Source of the DNA: a phage
Strand: one strand, 5' to 3'
DNA: 40,865 nt
Sequence record: PQ785851.1
Below, piece after piece: positions 18,244-28,070 of the stretch (position 1 is the stretch's first letter; every line of letters begins with the position of its first letter). The notes beneath the pieces are model-generated. The model saw only the letters and a list, made by a program, of their open reading frames with translations, made no database searches and was not told the DNA's origin. Position numbers and translations under genes: made by a program.

Positions 18244-18610
18244 TCCTCCTCAGAATTGGCCTGTATGCGACTACAGTACCTGTTGGTTTCACTGGTCTCG
18301 GGTCGACTACAGTGTAAGTTTCGTCATCAACAATAATCCTGTAGCCTTGCAAGATTGGCACCTCGGAAGTGAAGATTCCACGCTTATCGCCAAACTGAAT
18401 ATACTCACCATCAATATCTCTGGTTTTAATCTCCCTCACCAGCCCCTTGATTAATGCAGTGCCGCCAGATACAGGAACCTCGACACCATCGACAATCTCC
18501 ACCCCACCTTTACCAGTTTCCATGGTAAACGTACCATCGCCATCACTAAAGATATTGATTCCAGTGCGCATTAATGATTCGATCTGAGAGTAATTCATTA
18601 GCAACCGCAC
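18227..18610 (-). CDS. head closure / head-tail adaptor protein (by position)
   Basis: 127 aa in the head-tail connector block. Confidence 0.35.
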   Translation of the reverse strand: MRLLMNYSQIESLMRTGINIFSDGDGTFTMETGKGGVEIVDGVEVPVSGGTALIKGLVREIKTRDIDGEYIQFGDKRGIFTSEVPILQGYRIIVDDETYTVVDPRPVKPTGTVVAYRPILRRIAAYG

Positions 18611-19005
18611 CCACGCCCACCGGACGTAACCAATCCAAAGCCACCACCTTTCTTACGCAGAAGGTTCCAGTACAGACGACCCCACGGGGTGGAAGTCAGT
18701 GCTGATTGTGATTGAGACGTTGATTCATAGCTGATAGAGAACTCACCACTCAGGGAGTAACTTGCCACCTTCTTACCGTAATCATCCAAAGACTCATTCT
18801 GCTTAAGTGCACCATCAAGAAAGGCAATGTGCATAGTGTACAGTGCAAGTGCCTTGTAAGCATCATCACCAAACTTACTGGCGCAGATGTATAGCTTTGC
18901 CAGTTCAAGCCATACGTCCAGAGTTTCATCCGGCACGTTACGCAAAGCAGGAACTAACGATCTCATAAAGACTAGTGCTTGTTCGTTCATAAAACCCCCA
19001 TACAA
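18598..19005 (-). CDS. head-tail connector protein (by position)
   Basis: 135 aa, first of the connector block downstream of the capsid gene. Confidence 0.35.
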   Translation of the reverse strand: MYGGFMNEQALVFMRSLVPALRNVPDETLDVWLELAKLYICASKFGDDAYKALALYTMHIAFLDGALKQNESLDDYGKKVASYSLSGEFSISYESTSQSQSALTSTPWGRLYWNLLRKKGGGFGLVTSGGRGCGC

Positions 19006-19031
19006 AAACGGACGCCGAAGCGCCCATTTGG

Positions 19032-19277
19032 TTATTTATATTCCTGACCAGTCTGAGCCTCGTCAATGGTCTTCGGTTCTTTTCGCTTTTTCTTACTATT
19101 GATTTCTTGTGCCACTTCTTTTGTTGCCTTGTAGTCACCTTCAATGGTGAGTTTGCCTTCAGCAATCAGACGCTTCAGTCCGTCACAAAGTTCATTTGCT
19201 TCAATTGTGTCGCCTGGTAAGTATTTATCACCCTTGTAAACAATCATGCACGCGCCACTGTGTTCTAACTTAATCAT
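19032..19277 (-). CDS. hypothetical protein
   Basis: 81-aa ORF between the capsid terminator and the connector genes. Confidence 0.35.
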   Translation of the reverse strand: MIKLEHSGACMIVYKGDKYLPGDTIEANELCDGLKRLIAEGKLTIEGDYKATKEVAQEINSKKKRKEPKTIDEAQTGQEYK

Positions 19278-19341
19278 TACTTTCTCCTTTGTTTATCTGA
19301 TTTGGTGATTATAACCCAACAATTCCATTTGGTACAGACGT

Positions 19342-19364
19342 AAAAAAGCCCTCCTGAGAGGGCA
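19342..19364 (-). terminator. rho-independent terminator after the major capsid gene
   Basis: Hairpin GCCCTC-tcag-GAGGGC followed by a T-run on the minus strand. Confidence 0.6.
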
Positions 19365-19369
19365 ATTTA

Positions 19370-20314
19370 TTAAGCGAAGGTGATGCCTTTGATTACTGCC
19401 ATTGTCAGAGGGCGGTATACAATCAAGCCAGTTGCCTTGGAAGTTACAGGATATTTAAAATGCAAATCCTTAGGTTGACCAGGTAGCACGTTCGTCGCTT
19501 CCGGAATCTCGATGCTCATGTTGAGCGGATCCTTTTCAAACGCCAGTGCAGCTTTACCGCCTGCGCCATCGTAGTTGTCCAGGAACTGCATAAAGCGCAG
19601 GGTTACACCTGGGTTGTTACGAGTAAACAACTCACCATAGCTCAGGGTTGTATTAGCAACCAGCGTTTGCATTACACGGCGAGCGGAAGCTGGCAGCAGA
19701 ATATCAGTTACATGGTGGAAGCCCTGGGTGCTGGTTTCTACAGCATCAATCATTGCGGTAACGTCGTTAACTGCGTTCTGTGGGACGCTCCAGTTAGGAG
19801 TTGCAACTACGTTGTTAATATTCGGCTGGTCAAACACGCTTACGATGCCGTGCGGGGCAGAGCCCTGCCATACCAGCTTATCAAGCAGGTTATCGTGAGC
19901 TTCGAAAGCCAGAGCCTGTTTGCGAGTTGACAGTGACTGACCAGTTGCGGCACCGGCTTTGATTTCGTCGGTGGAAATCAGGAACGCGTTACCAAAACGG
20001 AAAACTTTACCTTGCTTCTCGGTCATAAAAGCATCAACCAGCGGCAGGTCGTCAGAGTAATCAGCGATAATCTGAGCAATACCAACGCCATCAAACTCTG
20101 GATACTCGAAGTATTTCGCGTGACCAGGGATTTCGTTGGTTACAGGAAAGATATTAACAACTGAGTTATCTGAGTATTCTTGTTCGTAAGCGCGATTCAG
20201 AGATGCGGTTAACTGCTTAACGGTCCAGATACCAGCAGCATCGGCTTTATCTACGCCCATTTGCTCAAGGTGAGCGGTGATTTTTGCTTGTTCTGCATCA
20301 AATTTAATGGCCAT
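19370..20314 (-). CDS. major capsid protein
   Basis: 314 aa; position after the scaffold/protease and decoration genes; flanked by terminators as for a highly expressed gene. Confidence 0.75.
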   Translation of the reverse strand: MAIKFDAEQAKITAHLEQMGVDKADAAGIWTVKQLTASLNRAYEQEYSDNSVVNIFPVTNEIPGHAKYFEYPEFDGVGIAQIIADYSDDLPLVDAFMTEKQGKVFRFGNAFLISTDEIKAGAATGQSLSTRKQALAFEAHDNLLDKLVWQGSAPHGIVSVFDQPNINNVVATPNWSVPQNAVNDVTAMIDAVETSTQGFHHVTDILLPASARRVMQTLVANTTLSYGELFTRNNPGVTLRFMQFLDNYDGAGGKAALAFEKDPLNMSIEIPEATNVLPGQPKDLHFKYPVTSKATGLIVYRPLTMAVIKGITFA

Positions 20315-20422
20315 TCTTGTTTATTCCTTTTCAGTTAGGTATGTACGAGTCAATTATACACGACTTTGTGCCTGTTACAATAGCATCATACGTGAGGCTT
20401 AAATCTGGTTGGCAAATGACGC

Positions 20423-20446
20423 AAAAAAAACCTCCCGAAGGAGGCT
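20423..20446 (-). terminator. rho-independent terminator
   Basis: Hairpin CCTCC-ttcg-GGAGG followed by a T-run on the minus strand. Confidence 0.55.
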
Positions 20447-20465
20447 TATTTAATTAAGGATAATC

Positions 20466-20954
20466 TTACTTCTGTTTAACCTGAACCTCAACCAAAGCGC
20501 CATCTACGCTAAGGTCTTGCGGCTTAGTGCCAGTGTTAGGAATGAAGCCGCCAGCAAATGTAAAACCAGTTTCCCAGGTGGTGTCTGCTGCCTCGGCTGC
20601 AACAACTCCACTTGCGTTCACGAAAACCTTGCTACCAAAATCTGGAGCGGCGGCTAAAGTGGTGCGAACCCAAATTCGACCGTGAGTCATTAAGTTAACA
20701 GCTCCCTTTGCTTTAGCGGTGCCATCTGGAGTCTCGTAATGAGAGCGAACAACAACACCATAAGGTTTAACTGGCGTACCAGTTACAGCAGGAAGGCCAA
20801 CAACCTTGTGACCATCAACAGGCTGAGCGGAGGTAACACCAACAACAGTACCAACAGGAATTGCATCAATGCCACCAACTACACAAGCGCCATCGATATT
20901 ATACAGGGAAGTATCAGCTACCATACCTGCCAGAGCTACAGAACGAATTGCCAT
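20466..20954 (-). CDS. putative head decoration protein
   Basis: 162 aa, Gly/Val/Ala-rich; located between the scaffold/protease and capsid genes. Confidence 0.4.
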   Translation of the reverse strand: MAIRSVALAGMVADTSLYNIDGACVVGGIDAIPVGTVVGVTSAQPVDGHKVVGLPAVTGTPVKPYGVVVRSHYETPDGTAKAKGAVNLMTHGRIWVRTTLAAAPDFGSKVFVNASGVVAAEAADTTWETGFTFAGGFIPNTGTKPQDLSVDGALVEVQVKQK

Positions 20955-20964
20955 TTAGGACTCC

Positions 20965-22077
20965 TTATTTTTTAATTTTAGCCAGACGAGCGCGAGGGTT
21001 AAGAACCTTCACATCATCTTTGCCGTCAGATTTATCGGAAGCTGTGGTAGCCTTGCGAACTTCAGCCATTTTATCAGATTCCTTGGCAATGTCGAACGCC
21101 GCGTCGATATACGCGTCAGACTTCTCAGAAACATCCAGACCTGAGACTTCTTTAACGTAAGCTACTTTGATGCCTTTAGCATCCAGACCATCAGCTTTAA
21201 CACCAGCTTCAGCAGCAACAGCAACCAGAGCTGCGAGCGCGTCTGCGTCTGATTTCGCTTTAGCAACTGCTTTCTCGATTTCTGCTGGCATTGCATCAAC
21301 TTTAGCCTTAAGTGCATCACGCTCAGCTTCCAGCGCGTCAGCTTTTGCTTTCTCTTTTGCGGAGTCAGCTTTAACTGCTTCAATGTGTGCGGCAACTTCT
21401 GGAGCGATTTCGAACTCCTGGGCGCCATCCAGTTTAATCTTAACCATTTCTTTAACATCCTCTTTAATAGAATCAACGCTGTCAGTATACGGGTTTTCCT
21501 GTTCTGCGTCCATATTCAATTTTGCAACACCTGCGCGACCTTTGTATACCATTGCAACGTGATTAACAATAATGTTAGTTTGCAGTGCATCAAAACGAAC
21601 CCAGTCAGGTGGAATTTCATCTTGGGACTCGTAATCACCATCAAGCTTGTATTCACCAGTCTCATCACTCCCCCACCCTGGTGATTCAACATCAACGGTT
21701 GAGTAGCCTACAGATAACTCGGCGGCAATGCCAGATTTAGCTTTCTCGATTGATTCCTTGTCGTAAACGGTTAGTGGAACTACCACGTTCGAATCCTGAC
21801 GCATTGCTGAGCCAGACACTGAGCCTACAACTACCTGCTTGGCATTATCAACGTTAACAAACACGTGGCCTAAGGTAATCGGCTTGCCCTGATAACTTGC
21901 AAGAGAATCAGCTTTAAAGACCTCTGAAGCTGGCCTAAATTCGCGTCGTTCCGAGCCATCTGGCAGGTAGTATGATTGCACGCCTACGCGAGCAACCACA
22001 GGTGTATCTACCAGGAATCCGTTTTCGTCAAATCGCGCTTTAACTTTTGCACTGTCATAACGAATTTTAGCTTTCAA
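20965..22077 (-). CDS. putative prohead protease / scaffolding protein
   Basis: 370 aa; Ala/Lys/Glu-rich coiled-coil C-terminal half; position between portal and capsid genes. Confidence 0.5.
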   Translation of the reverse strand: MKAKIRYDSAKVKARFDENGFLVDTPVVARVGVQSYYLPDGSERREFRPASEVFKADSLASYQGKPITLGHVFVNVDNAKQVVVGSVSGSAMRQDSNVVVPLTVYDKESIEKAKSGIAAELSVGYSTVDVESPGWGSDETGEYKLDGDYESQDEIPPDWVRFDALQTNIIVNHVAMVYKGRAGVAKLNMDAEQENPYTDSVDSIKEDVKEMVKIKLDGAQEFEIAPEVAAHIEAVKADSAKEKAKADALEAERDALKAKVDAMPAEIEKAVAKAKSDADALAALVAVAAEAGVKADGLDAKGIKVAYVKEVSGLDVSEKSDAYIDAAFDIAKESDKMAEVRKATTASDKSDGKDDVKVLNPRARLAKIKK

Positions 22078-23368
22078 TTACAATCTCCTCTTTTGGTGAT
22101 TCTTCTTGTGCGGGCTGCTCAGTTACAATCGAACCTTCACCAATCTTAACCTCAGGGGCTAATGCGCGCAAGGTATCTCGTGCTTCATCTGCGTCCATTA
22201 CTCCGTTAGTGATGAGAGTGGCGATTGAATCAACGTTATTCTTCAGTATTTCAGCGCGGTCCTTCTTCGATTCCTGAGCCAGCGGATTAAACTCAACTGA
22301 CCATTCCTGCTCGGTTGTGATGAACGGGATTAAAAAACCAAGAACAGGGAGTAATTCTTCATTTCTCTTGCGGTCGATTAGTTTATGGAATGTCTCCAGT
22401 GCTGTGTTTTGGCTTGATGATACACCGCCAACGTTACGGCCTTTGAGGATGATTTCATGAATACCGCTCAGGGCAACAATCCTGTCGAATTTCTTATCCA
22501 GGAATCCATCAATCCCGCCAATATCTGAATTAAGAACGCTGTACTCTTCAGACTCTGCATCGATACCAATTGCACGACCAACGCCGGAATTATCATCAAC
22601 CTGAGCCAGCCTTAACCTTGCCGCGCCAAAACCTTCTGCGTCGTCACACAATTCAGCAAGCCCCTTCGCCTTCCATACCGCCTGTTGCTTACGGCGCAAT
22701 AACTGGGTTGCCAGTTTCTCGCACGTCTGATAATCCTTGATTGCCTCCAGTAGGTCAGGAACCAGAACGCTAGCACCCCACCCATCATTGCCGAGACGCA
22801 ATGAGCTAGGAATCTTCTCTCCATCCATAATGTGAACTCGAGAGTAATGCACATCATAAAACGTGGAGCTACCTTCAGGTGTTATGCGGTACGTTAGTGG
22901 TTTTCCAAATCGAACATTGCGAGGATTCTCCTCCTTCGCTTGCACCCTCACCTGACTGCGATCGTATACTCGAAGCGATTCAAGTTCAGCACCTTCACGT
23001 ACCGGACTAGTTAGCGCACGATTATCCTTAACGATAGCCACAATAGCTGAGCCGCCGAACAACCTCGCCCATGACCATGCGTCAGAGATTGACTCGTTGA
23101 CCTTTAGGTAATCCCACCTTGACCAGAATCCACCCTCGTTATCAATGCCATCAATATGGAAACCTGCGGCGATTGCTGTCTCTGGGATGGTATCGACGAT
23201 GCGGCGAACCAGTGAGTTAGACACGTAAAGTGAATCGGCGAATGGTGGCGCAAGGTAAGTGTTGCCGAATTGCCCGTAAATCTCGCTACCATCACTAGTT
23301 CCACCCAGGAACTGCGTGGCGTATGAATCTGCTTTTACCATTTTCTTGCTCCAATAAAAAAGCCCCAT
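22067..23368 (-). CDS. portal protein
   Basis: 433 aa; immediately downstream of the large terminase gene. Confidence 0.6.
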   Translation of the reverse strand: MGLFYWSKKMVKADSYATQFLGGTSDGSEIYGQFGNTYLAPPFADSLYVSNSLVRRIVDTIPETAIAAGFHIDGIDNEGGFWSRWDYLKVNESISDAWSWARLFGGSAIVAIVKDNRALTSPVREGAELESLRVYDRSQVRVQAKEENPRNVRFGKPLTYRITPEGSSTFYDVHYSRVHIMDGEKIPSSLRLGNDGWGASVLVPDLLEAIKDYQTCEKLATQLLRRKQQAVWKAKGLAELCDDAEGFGAARLRLAQVDDNSGVGRAIGIDAESEEYSVLNSDIGGIDGFLDKKFDRIVALSGIHEIILKGRNVGGVSSSQNTALETFHKLIDRKRNEELLPVLGFLIPFITTEQEWSVEFNPLAQESKKDRAEILKNNVDSIATLITNGVMDADEARDTLRALAPEVKIGEGSIVTEQPAQEESPKEEIVIES

Positions 23369-23390
23369 TTAAGAGTCTAGTTTATCACGC

Positions 23391-24974
23391 TTATTTAATT
23401 CCTGCTAATCGCATCATTCTCGCTTTAGGGTCTTCTGCGATGTTCAGTACCAGGTTGACAGCCATCGTCAAACAGTCTATCTGGTCATCGTGCGAGTGAG
23501 AATCATCTGCCGTAAATGCTGCAATCTCTGTTAGCAATCCGTTAAGCCAATTTGCTGACTCAGGCAGGATAACGTTGCCAGCCTTAATCTGAGGAAGTGC
23601 ACTCATTACGCGAGTCAGCTTGTCGTTATCTGGCACGTATGGCTCGATAGGCGTTCGCATAACCCTTCCTGCTGATTGAATCAGACCTATACCAGATGCT
23701 TTCTTCTCGATGATGATTTTACGAAGGATACCATCTGTCTGATTGGATGCCCTTGCCATCCTCTCGAAGTCTAATAGCTCTGCCTCTAGCTCTGGCGCCT
23801 CCCATTTACCACGTCGCTGGTCTAACAGGTAAATCTTGCCATCCTTATAGCCCCAGAGTTGCAGTACACTAAAGTCACTGTAGCTTTTAGTGGTCATCGC
23901 GGTATCAAGCGTCATGAACCTGTAATCGTACTTAGCTGGCGGTCGCAGGGTGTCACTAATGCGCTGGAGCCAGTCTACGTTAATCAGGTTGCCACCTAGA
24001 GCTACAGGCTCCTGAGCATATTGACTAAGGAATGTGTAAGGATCAGCATCACGCATGGCTATCAAGTCTTCTATTGATTCCTTTGCTGGGAAGTAGCTGT
24101 AATACTTAACCCCATCGCGCTCTACAAATGGCGAAGAAAGAACGTCATCTATAAACTGCTGCCTAATCCATTCAGGAAGCGTGTCGGCGTATTCTTCCGT
24201 GACTATTGCTGGAATTTTAACTACGTCGAATTTTATCCCCATCTGCCCTGACTCCATGAAGTGACTAGTGTCAAGAACATGAAGCCTTTGCTGAACGGCT
24301 AATATTGGAGTCTCTTTTCCCTTAACTGAACTCGCCCTTCGTGAGCGAATTGTGTTCTTGAGAAGCATATTAACAGCCTCCCTCCTTACATTACTAAGCG
24401 CATCATCTGGCTTCAGCGGGTCATCAAGCATTATGCATCCACTGTAATCATCGGTCATGTAACCACCACGCGAACCAGTCACCTGTCCAGCCATTGCCTT
24501 AGATATCGATTCAAACCTCACCTTTCCATCTTCATCTAGAACCTGAATCTCATCATCCCTGCAAGTCCCAAATGAGCAAGGCCAAAGTTCCTGAAACTCC
24601 TTTGACTTAATCAGGTCGCGCACACGCTTTGAGTTACGCTTAACCAATGAGTCAGAGAACGACAAACTAAGATTTCTAACCTTCTTAATCTTGATCATGC
24701 TATATACAGGGAAATGTATACTAAAGAGCTCGGTTTTTGCTGATCCAGGAGCTACGTTTATGATGGTATCCTTTCTCTTACCATCAAGAATCTCATCTAT
24801 GACACGACAAAGGTATTTAGTATGCCAATTCATTTTGAATCTCTCGCCTTGCGTTATCTGAAAGAAGCACCGCAAGAACCCTTCGAAACTATGCTCAGAG
24901 ATTGCCTTTATAGCCATCTTTTCAGCGTGAGTTAGTTCATCCCAAACAATTAAATCACTCATTCTACTCTCCAA
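23391..24974 (-). CDS. terminase large subunit
   Basis: 527 aa; Walker-B-like IMLDDPLKPDDALS; position after the small terminase gene. Confidence 0.8.
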   Translation of the reverse strand: MESRMSDLIVWDELTHAEKMAIKAISEHSFEGFLRCFFQITQGERFKMNWHTKYLCRVIDEILDGKRKDTIINVAPGSAKTELFSIHFPVYSMIKIKKVRNLSLSFSDSLVKRNSKRVRDLIKSKEFQELWPCSFGTCRDDEIQVLDEDGKVRFESISKAMAGQVTGSRGGYMTDDYSGCIMLDDPLKPDDALSNVRREAVNMLLKNTIRSRRASSVKGKETPILAVQQRLHVLDTSHFMESGQMGIKFDVVKIPAIVTEEYADTLPEWIRQQFIDDVLSSPFVERDGVKYYSYFPAKESIEDLIAMRDADPYTFLSQYAQEPVALGGNLINVDWLQRISDTLRPPAKYDYRFMTLDTAMTTKSYSDFSVLQLWGYKDGKIYLLDQRRGKWEAPELEAELLDFERMARASNQTDGILRKIIIEKKASGIGLIQSAGRVMRTPIEPYVPDNDKLTRVMSALPQIKAGNVILPESANWLNGLLTEIAAFTADDSHSHDDQIDCLTMAVNLVLNIAEDPKARMMRLAGIK

Positions 24975-24978
24975 ACTA

Positions 24979-25503
24979 TTACAGCTTACTAATCACAGAC
25001 TCCAGCGCTTCCTTCATCGTACCAACGTCGTTAGCTGAAGAGTTATTGCTTATAGTAATCTCCTGCGGCTTATCGATGCCAAGTTCTTTGGAAATCATGC
25101 CAGGGTTAACAATGCCAGACGCTGCCAGCTGATACTTCTGCTCGCGAATCACGGAATCAATGAATGCAATTACCTCGTCATAACCAGCCGACTTCCTCCA
25201 TTTCTCTATTGCGCTATGGGTAACACCGCAGTAAAGGCAGAATCCTGTTAGTGTGAAGACTCGTGGCTTGTGCACCAGATTCTCGGTTACGACACCCTGG
25301 AAGCTGGCTGTCTCAATTGCCTTGATTGCCTGGCTCTCAGCCCATGAGAAGTATTTCACGGCCAGGTCGAATAGCTGCTCTGGGGTCATTATTCGGTTTT
25401 TGGACAGAGTTGTAATGTCAGAATACTTTTTGTTGTACATGGCTTTGAAGTTGCCAGAGCGAATCTTTTCTTGCGCCTGGCTGGTGAAGTTTTCGTCTTT
25501 CAT
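24979..25503 (-). CDS. terminase small subunit
   Basis: 174 aa immediately upstream of the large terminase gene. Confidence 0.55.
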   Translation of the reverse strand: MKDENFTSQAQEKIRSGNFKAMYNKKYSDITTLSKNRIMTPEQLFDLAVKYFSWAESQAIKAIETASFQGVVTENLVHKPRVFTLTGFCLYCGVTHSAIEKWRKSAGYDEVIAFIDSVIREQKYQLAASGIVNPGMISKELGIDKPQEITISNNSSANDVGTMKEALESVISKL

Positions 25504-25548
25504 TTGTGACCTCCTTTGTTGATGTAGGATTATACCATATTACAGACG

Positions 25549-25572
25549 AAAAAAAGCCCTCAAGCGAGGGCT
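25549..25572 (-). terminator. rho-independent terminator
   Basis: Hairpin GCCCTC-gctt-GAGGGC followed by TTTTTTT on the minus strand. Confidence 0.55.
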
Positions 25573-25616
25573 AAAACAACGAGAGAGATGAAACTTAAAC
25601 GAGGGTATAACACTTT

Positions 25617-25799
25617 TTACTTTCGCTCACGAACGTAAGTTACTAGGAATTTGTGGTAATCCGGGTCGGCACCAGACATTACCTTTACTTTCGCTACCGC
25701 TTCCTCTGAGGACTCAGCGGCAACCGACGCGATAAATTCTTGCTGACAATTCTTACAGCTTCGACCCATTAAGCGGATTGAAAGCTTAACATCCCACAT
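25617..25799 (-). CDS. hypothetical protein
   Basis: 60-aa ORF just downstream of the tRNA. Confidence 0.3.
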   Translation of the reverse strand: MWDVKLSIRLMGRSCKNCQQEFIASVAAESSEEAVAKVKVMSGADPDYHKFLVTYVRERK

Positions 25800-25815
25800 A
25801 ATGAATCTCCTTTAT

Positions 25816-25891
25816 TGGTGTTCCGCGCTGGACTCGAACCAGCAACTAAGACTTAGGAGGTCTTTGCGTTATCCTGTTACGCCAGCAGAAC
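25816..25891 (-). tRNA. tRNA-Arg (anticodon CCU)
   Basis: Hand-folded cloverleaf, 76 nt: acceptor GTTCTGC/GCGGAAC, T-arm GCTGG-TTCGAGT-CCAGC, anticodon arm AAGAC-CTCCTAA-GTCTT, encoded CCA end. Confidence 0.8.
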
Positions 25892-26171
25892 AAATATTTA
25901 AGTAGCGATTGCGCTATTTAAAGATTGCTGGTTACGGCTCCAGCGTCGCCTGCTACGACCGATTTAACTGCCTATTTGCGCTAGGTCTTACAAGCCACTT
26001 GAGGGTTTAATGTGCCGCATACGCTACCTAATGAGCTACGGACTTTGTGTTGCGCTCCGTGCGCCGTTGCCACTTGGTGGCCTCGTTTGTCTACGTGGTT
26101 AATATTAGATGCTTCCGCTCAGAGATTCAAGATCTTTTTAACAATCCTCATTTAAACGATTAAAAATAATC

Positions 26172-26306
26172 TCAAGCAACCAGCCATTCGATAAACCAGA
26201 TTGTTAACTCGCTCATAACATAACCACAAAACACAACAGCGCCGATGCTGTATGCAACCACCAGACAAAAAGCAAATCTAAAAAATGCTTTATCTAACTT
26301 ACTCAT
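26172..26306 (-). CDS. small hydrophobic protein (44 aa)
   Basis: MSKLDKAFFRFAFCLVVAYSIGAVVFCGYVMSELTIWFIEWLVA; below the track cutoff. Confidence 0.3.
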   Translation of the reverse strand: MSKLDKAFFRFAFCLVVAYSIGAVVFCGYVMSELTIWFIEWLVA

Positions 26307-26535
26307 AAAGGCTATTCCCATTCTCATCGTGGCCAACGCGACCTTTTCTATACCCAGCTATCCACACAAATTTATCCCTCGCAATTAGCGTAGACACAGG
26401 ACCCCAAACCTGAGTAATCAGTGCTGCGACAACTTTATCGTCTTTCTTCTTTGCGCCCAACTTTCCGTACTCGTCGTTCAGCTTGTCAGCCTGGCGCTTA
26501 ACTGCGTTGAAGTATGCATCTTCTAATCCGAACAT
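26299..26535 (-). CDS. hypothetical protein
   Basis: 78-aa track ORF in the early region. Confidence 0.35.
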   Translation of the reverse strand: MFGLEDAYFNAVKRQADKLNDEYGKLGAKKKDDKVVAALITQVWGPVSTLIARDKFVWIAGYRKGRVGHDENGNSLYE

Positions 26536-26642
26536 TTTCTGCCCTCTCGTTGTTTGATTGGTTGATTATATGGCATCAATGCCTGTCACGTTTAGCTATT
26601 CGTGCTGTCTACACCTGGCCATCTATCAAAAGTTGCTAATAC

Positions 26643-26750
26643 TTAGTCTGTATAGCCATCGCACTCAAACGTGTCACCGTATTTCTCATTGAAGTAGATT
26701 AAATCCTCAACAAATTCATCACATTTCGGGAATAAACATGTGTTAAGCAT
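26643..26750 (-). CDS. small Cys-rich protein (35 aa)
   Basis: MLNTCLFPKCDEFVEDLIYFNEKYGDTFECDGYTD; start overlaps the stop of the upstream small ORF. Confidence 0.3.
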   Translation of the reverse strand: MLNTCLFPKCDEFVEDLIYFNEKYGDTFECDGYTD

Positions 26751-26901
26751 TTTTCTTATCCTCGCCCTTATTTAGACCATACTTTTCCTCACGCTCTTTC
26801 CAGATATTCATTAACTCAAAGTACATCATGGCAATCTCGCCAGTCTCAGCATCATGCATCATTCTCTTAGCCCACTGGCTTGGTTTTTCGTAGTTATCCA
26901 T
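26746..26901 (-). CDS. small hypothetical protein (51 aa)
   Basis: Hand-translated MDNYEKPSQWAKRMMHDAETGEIAMMYFEL... Confidence 0.3.
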
Positions 26902-26919
26902 CTAATCGCATGCCTTAAA

Positions 26920-27054
26920 TTATAGTTCGTCAGAATTCGTTTTAGCATCGTCTACGGCTGCCGAAATAATGTAAATAATCGCGAAGCCCAGAGACCATAA
27001 CAACCATGGTAAAGCCTCAACTAAAACCTCGTCCATCATAAGTTCCGTGTGCAT
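26920..27054 (-). CDS. small membrane protein (44 aa)
   Basis: MHTELMMDEVLVEALPWLLWSLGFAIIYIISAAVDDAKTNSDEL; one predicted transmembrane helix. Confidence 0.3.
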   Translation of the reverse strand: MHTELMMDEVLVEALPWLLWSLGFAIIYIISAAVDDAKTNSDEL

Positions 27055-27064
27055 CTTGTTTTCC

Positions 27065-27244
27065 TTAAATCTTGTTCAATTGCTCAAGAATTTCGTAAGC
27101 CAGTTCTCTAGCTTGCTCTTCTGTTAAGTGGATAGTGTGAACTTGAGGTTCGTCACGCATTCCGCAAGCCTGTGCAATGATGAATGTTGCGTAGCCATCG
27201 AAGTGGTTGGCCTGAAGCTTAGGTTCTGATTGTCGGAATCTCAT
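27065..27244 (-). CDS. small hypothetical protein (59 aa)
   Basis: ATGA start/stop overlap with the upstream ORF 27241..27450. Confidence 0.3.
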   Translation of the reverse strand: MRFRQSEPKLQANHFDGYATFIIAQACGMRDEPQVHTIHLTEEQARELAYEILEQLNKI

Positions 27245-27450
27245 TCTTCAATTACCTCGTATTCGCCTTCTTGAAAACTAATCTCGTTGCCGATTGTTAC
27301 TAAATCAGTATCACGAATCGCCTGAACTGATAAGCTACCATCTTTATACTTACCGGAAACATCAACAATATCACCAACCTGGAAACCGCAATCAGCAAGG
27401 CTAAGTTCGTCACCATCAGCAATGTCAACTTCAATAATCTTGATTCTCAT
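27241..27450 (-). CDS. hypothetical protein
   Basis: 69-aa acidic ORF, first gene after promoter-like module d. Confidence 0.35.
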   Translation of the reverse strand: MRIKIIEVDIADGDELSLADCGFQVGDIVDVSGKYKDGSLSVQAIRDTDLVTIGNEISFQEGEYEVIEE

Positions 27451-27481
27451 CTCTATACTCCATCGTGTTGTCGATGTGGTA

Positions 27482-27528
27482 ATTATGCCTGATTTCTCAG
27501 GCGATTGTTTAGCAATTCGTGCTATTGT
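27482..27528 (-). promoter_or_regulatory. promoter-like module, conserved 22-bp element family (copy d)
   Basis: Minus strand reads AATAGCAC-GAAT-TGCTAAACAA, 17 bp, CATAAT, 6 nt (taccac), ATCGACAACACGA. Confidence 0.5.
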
Positions 27529-28070
27529 CCATTCATGAGTAACTTAGCTTTCCTATAAAACTCCATCGCCACCTCAACCTCTTCCTCACTGTACCGCAAG
27601 TGGTATGGTAGTCTACTAGTGTGCTCACCTTCATTCAACTGGTTGCTCCACTCTTCAACTTCTATCGCATGCATGCCAACGATGTATGGATGAACGTAAA
27701 TCTTATCTCCGATTAAGCAGATGACTCCAGCTTCCTGTAGTGATGGCAGGATGTTATTTTTTAGGTCATGCATGAATCCCCCGTTGAGCCCGACAAATGG
27801 CTTGACCTTTCTCAACGCTTCATATGTTGATCTAATTCCGACAACCCCTTTACCATTCATGCTTTGGGCGTGAATCTTTCGCACAACCACTCCAGACTTT
27901 CTGTTGAGATTCACGCTGAGCAACTCATCTACAGCGCACCAGTACTTTTGTGAGTGTCGGTATCCATTAGCATTGATTGCAACTCGCAGTGGTAAAAGTC
28001 CGTCCTGCGTTGCAGTCTTCATAATTTGCTCATCAGTCAGCTTATCTTCGTTAAAATCAAACATACCCAT
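27522..28070 (-). CDS. short, internally deleted paralog of the 527-aa protein at 30694..32277
   Basis: N-terminus M(G)MFDFNEDKL..LPLRVAINANGYR.SQ and segment NGKGVVGIRSTYEALRKVKPF...CLIGDKIY match both ends of the 527-aa protein. Confidence 0.6.
   Translation of the reverse strand: MGMFDFNEDKLTDEQIMKTATQDGLLPLRVAINANGYRHSQKYWCAVDELLSVNLNRKSGVVVRKIHAQSMNGKGVVGIRSTYEALRKVKPFVGLNGGFMHDLKNNILPSLQEAGVICLIGDKIYVHPYIVGMHAIEVEEWSNQLNEGEHTSRLPYHLRYSEEEVEVAMEFYRKAKLLMNGQ

Noticed and set aside
21162-21684. ORFs 21162-21476 (minus), 21167-21562 (plus) and 21385-21684 (plus) inside the scaffold/protease gene
   Set aside because: Overlap the Ala/Lys-rich coiled-coil coding region in other frames; compositional artefacts.
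25892-26171. Second tRNA or other recognisable RNA gene in the non-coding stretch beside tRNA-Arg
   Set aside because: No T-loop-like GGTTCGA(A/G)TCC or complementary acceptor ends found by eye on either strand; only short ORFs of about 10 codons; left as an unexplained non-coding region.
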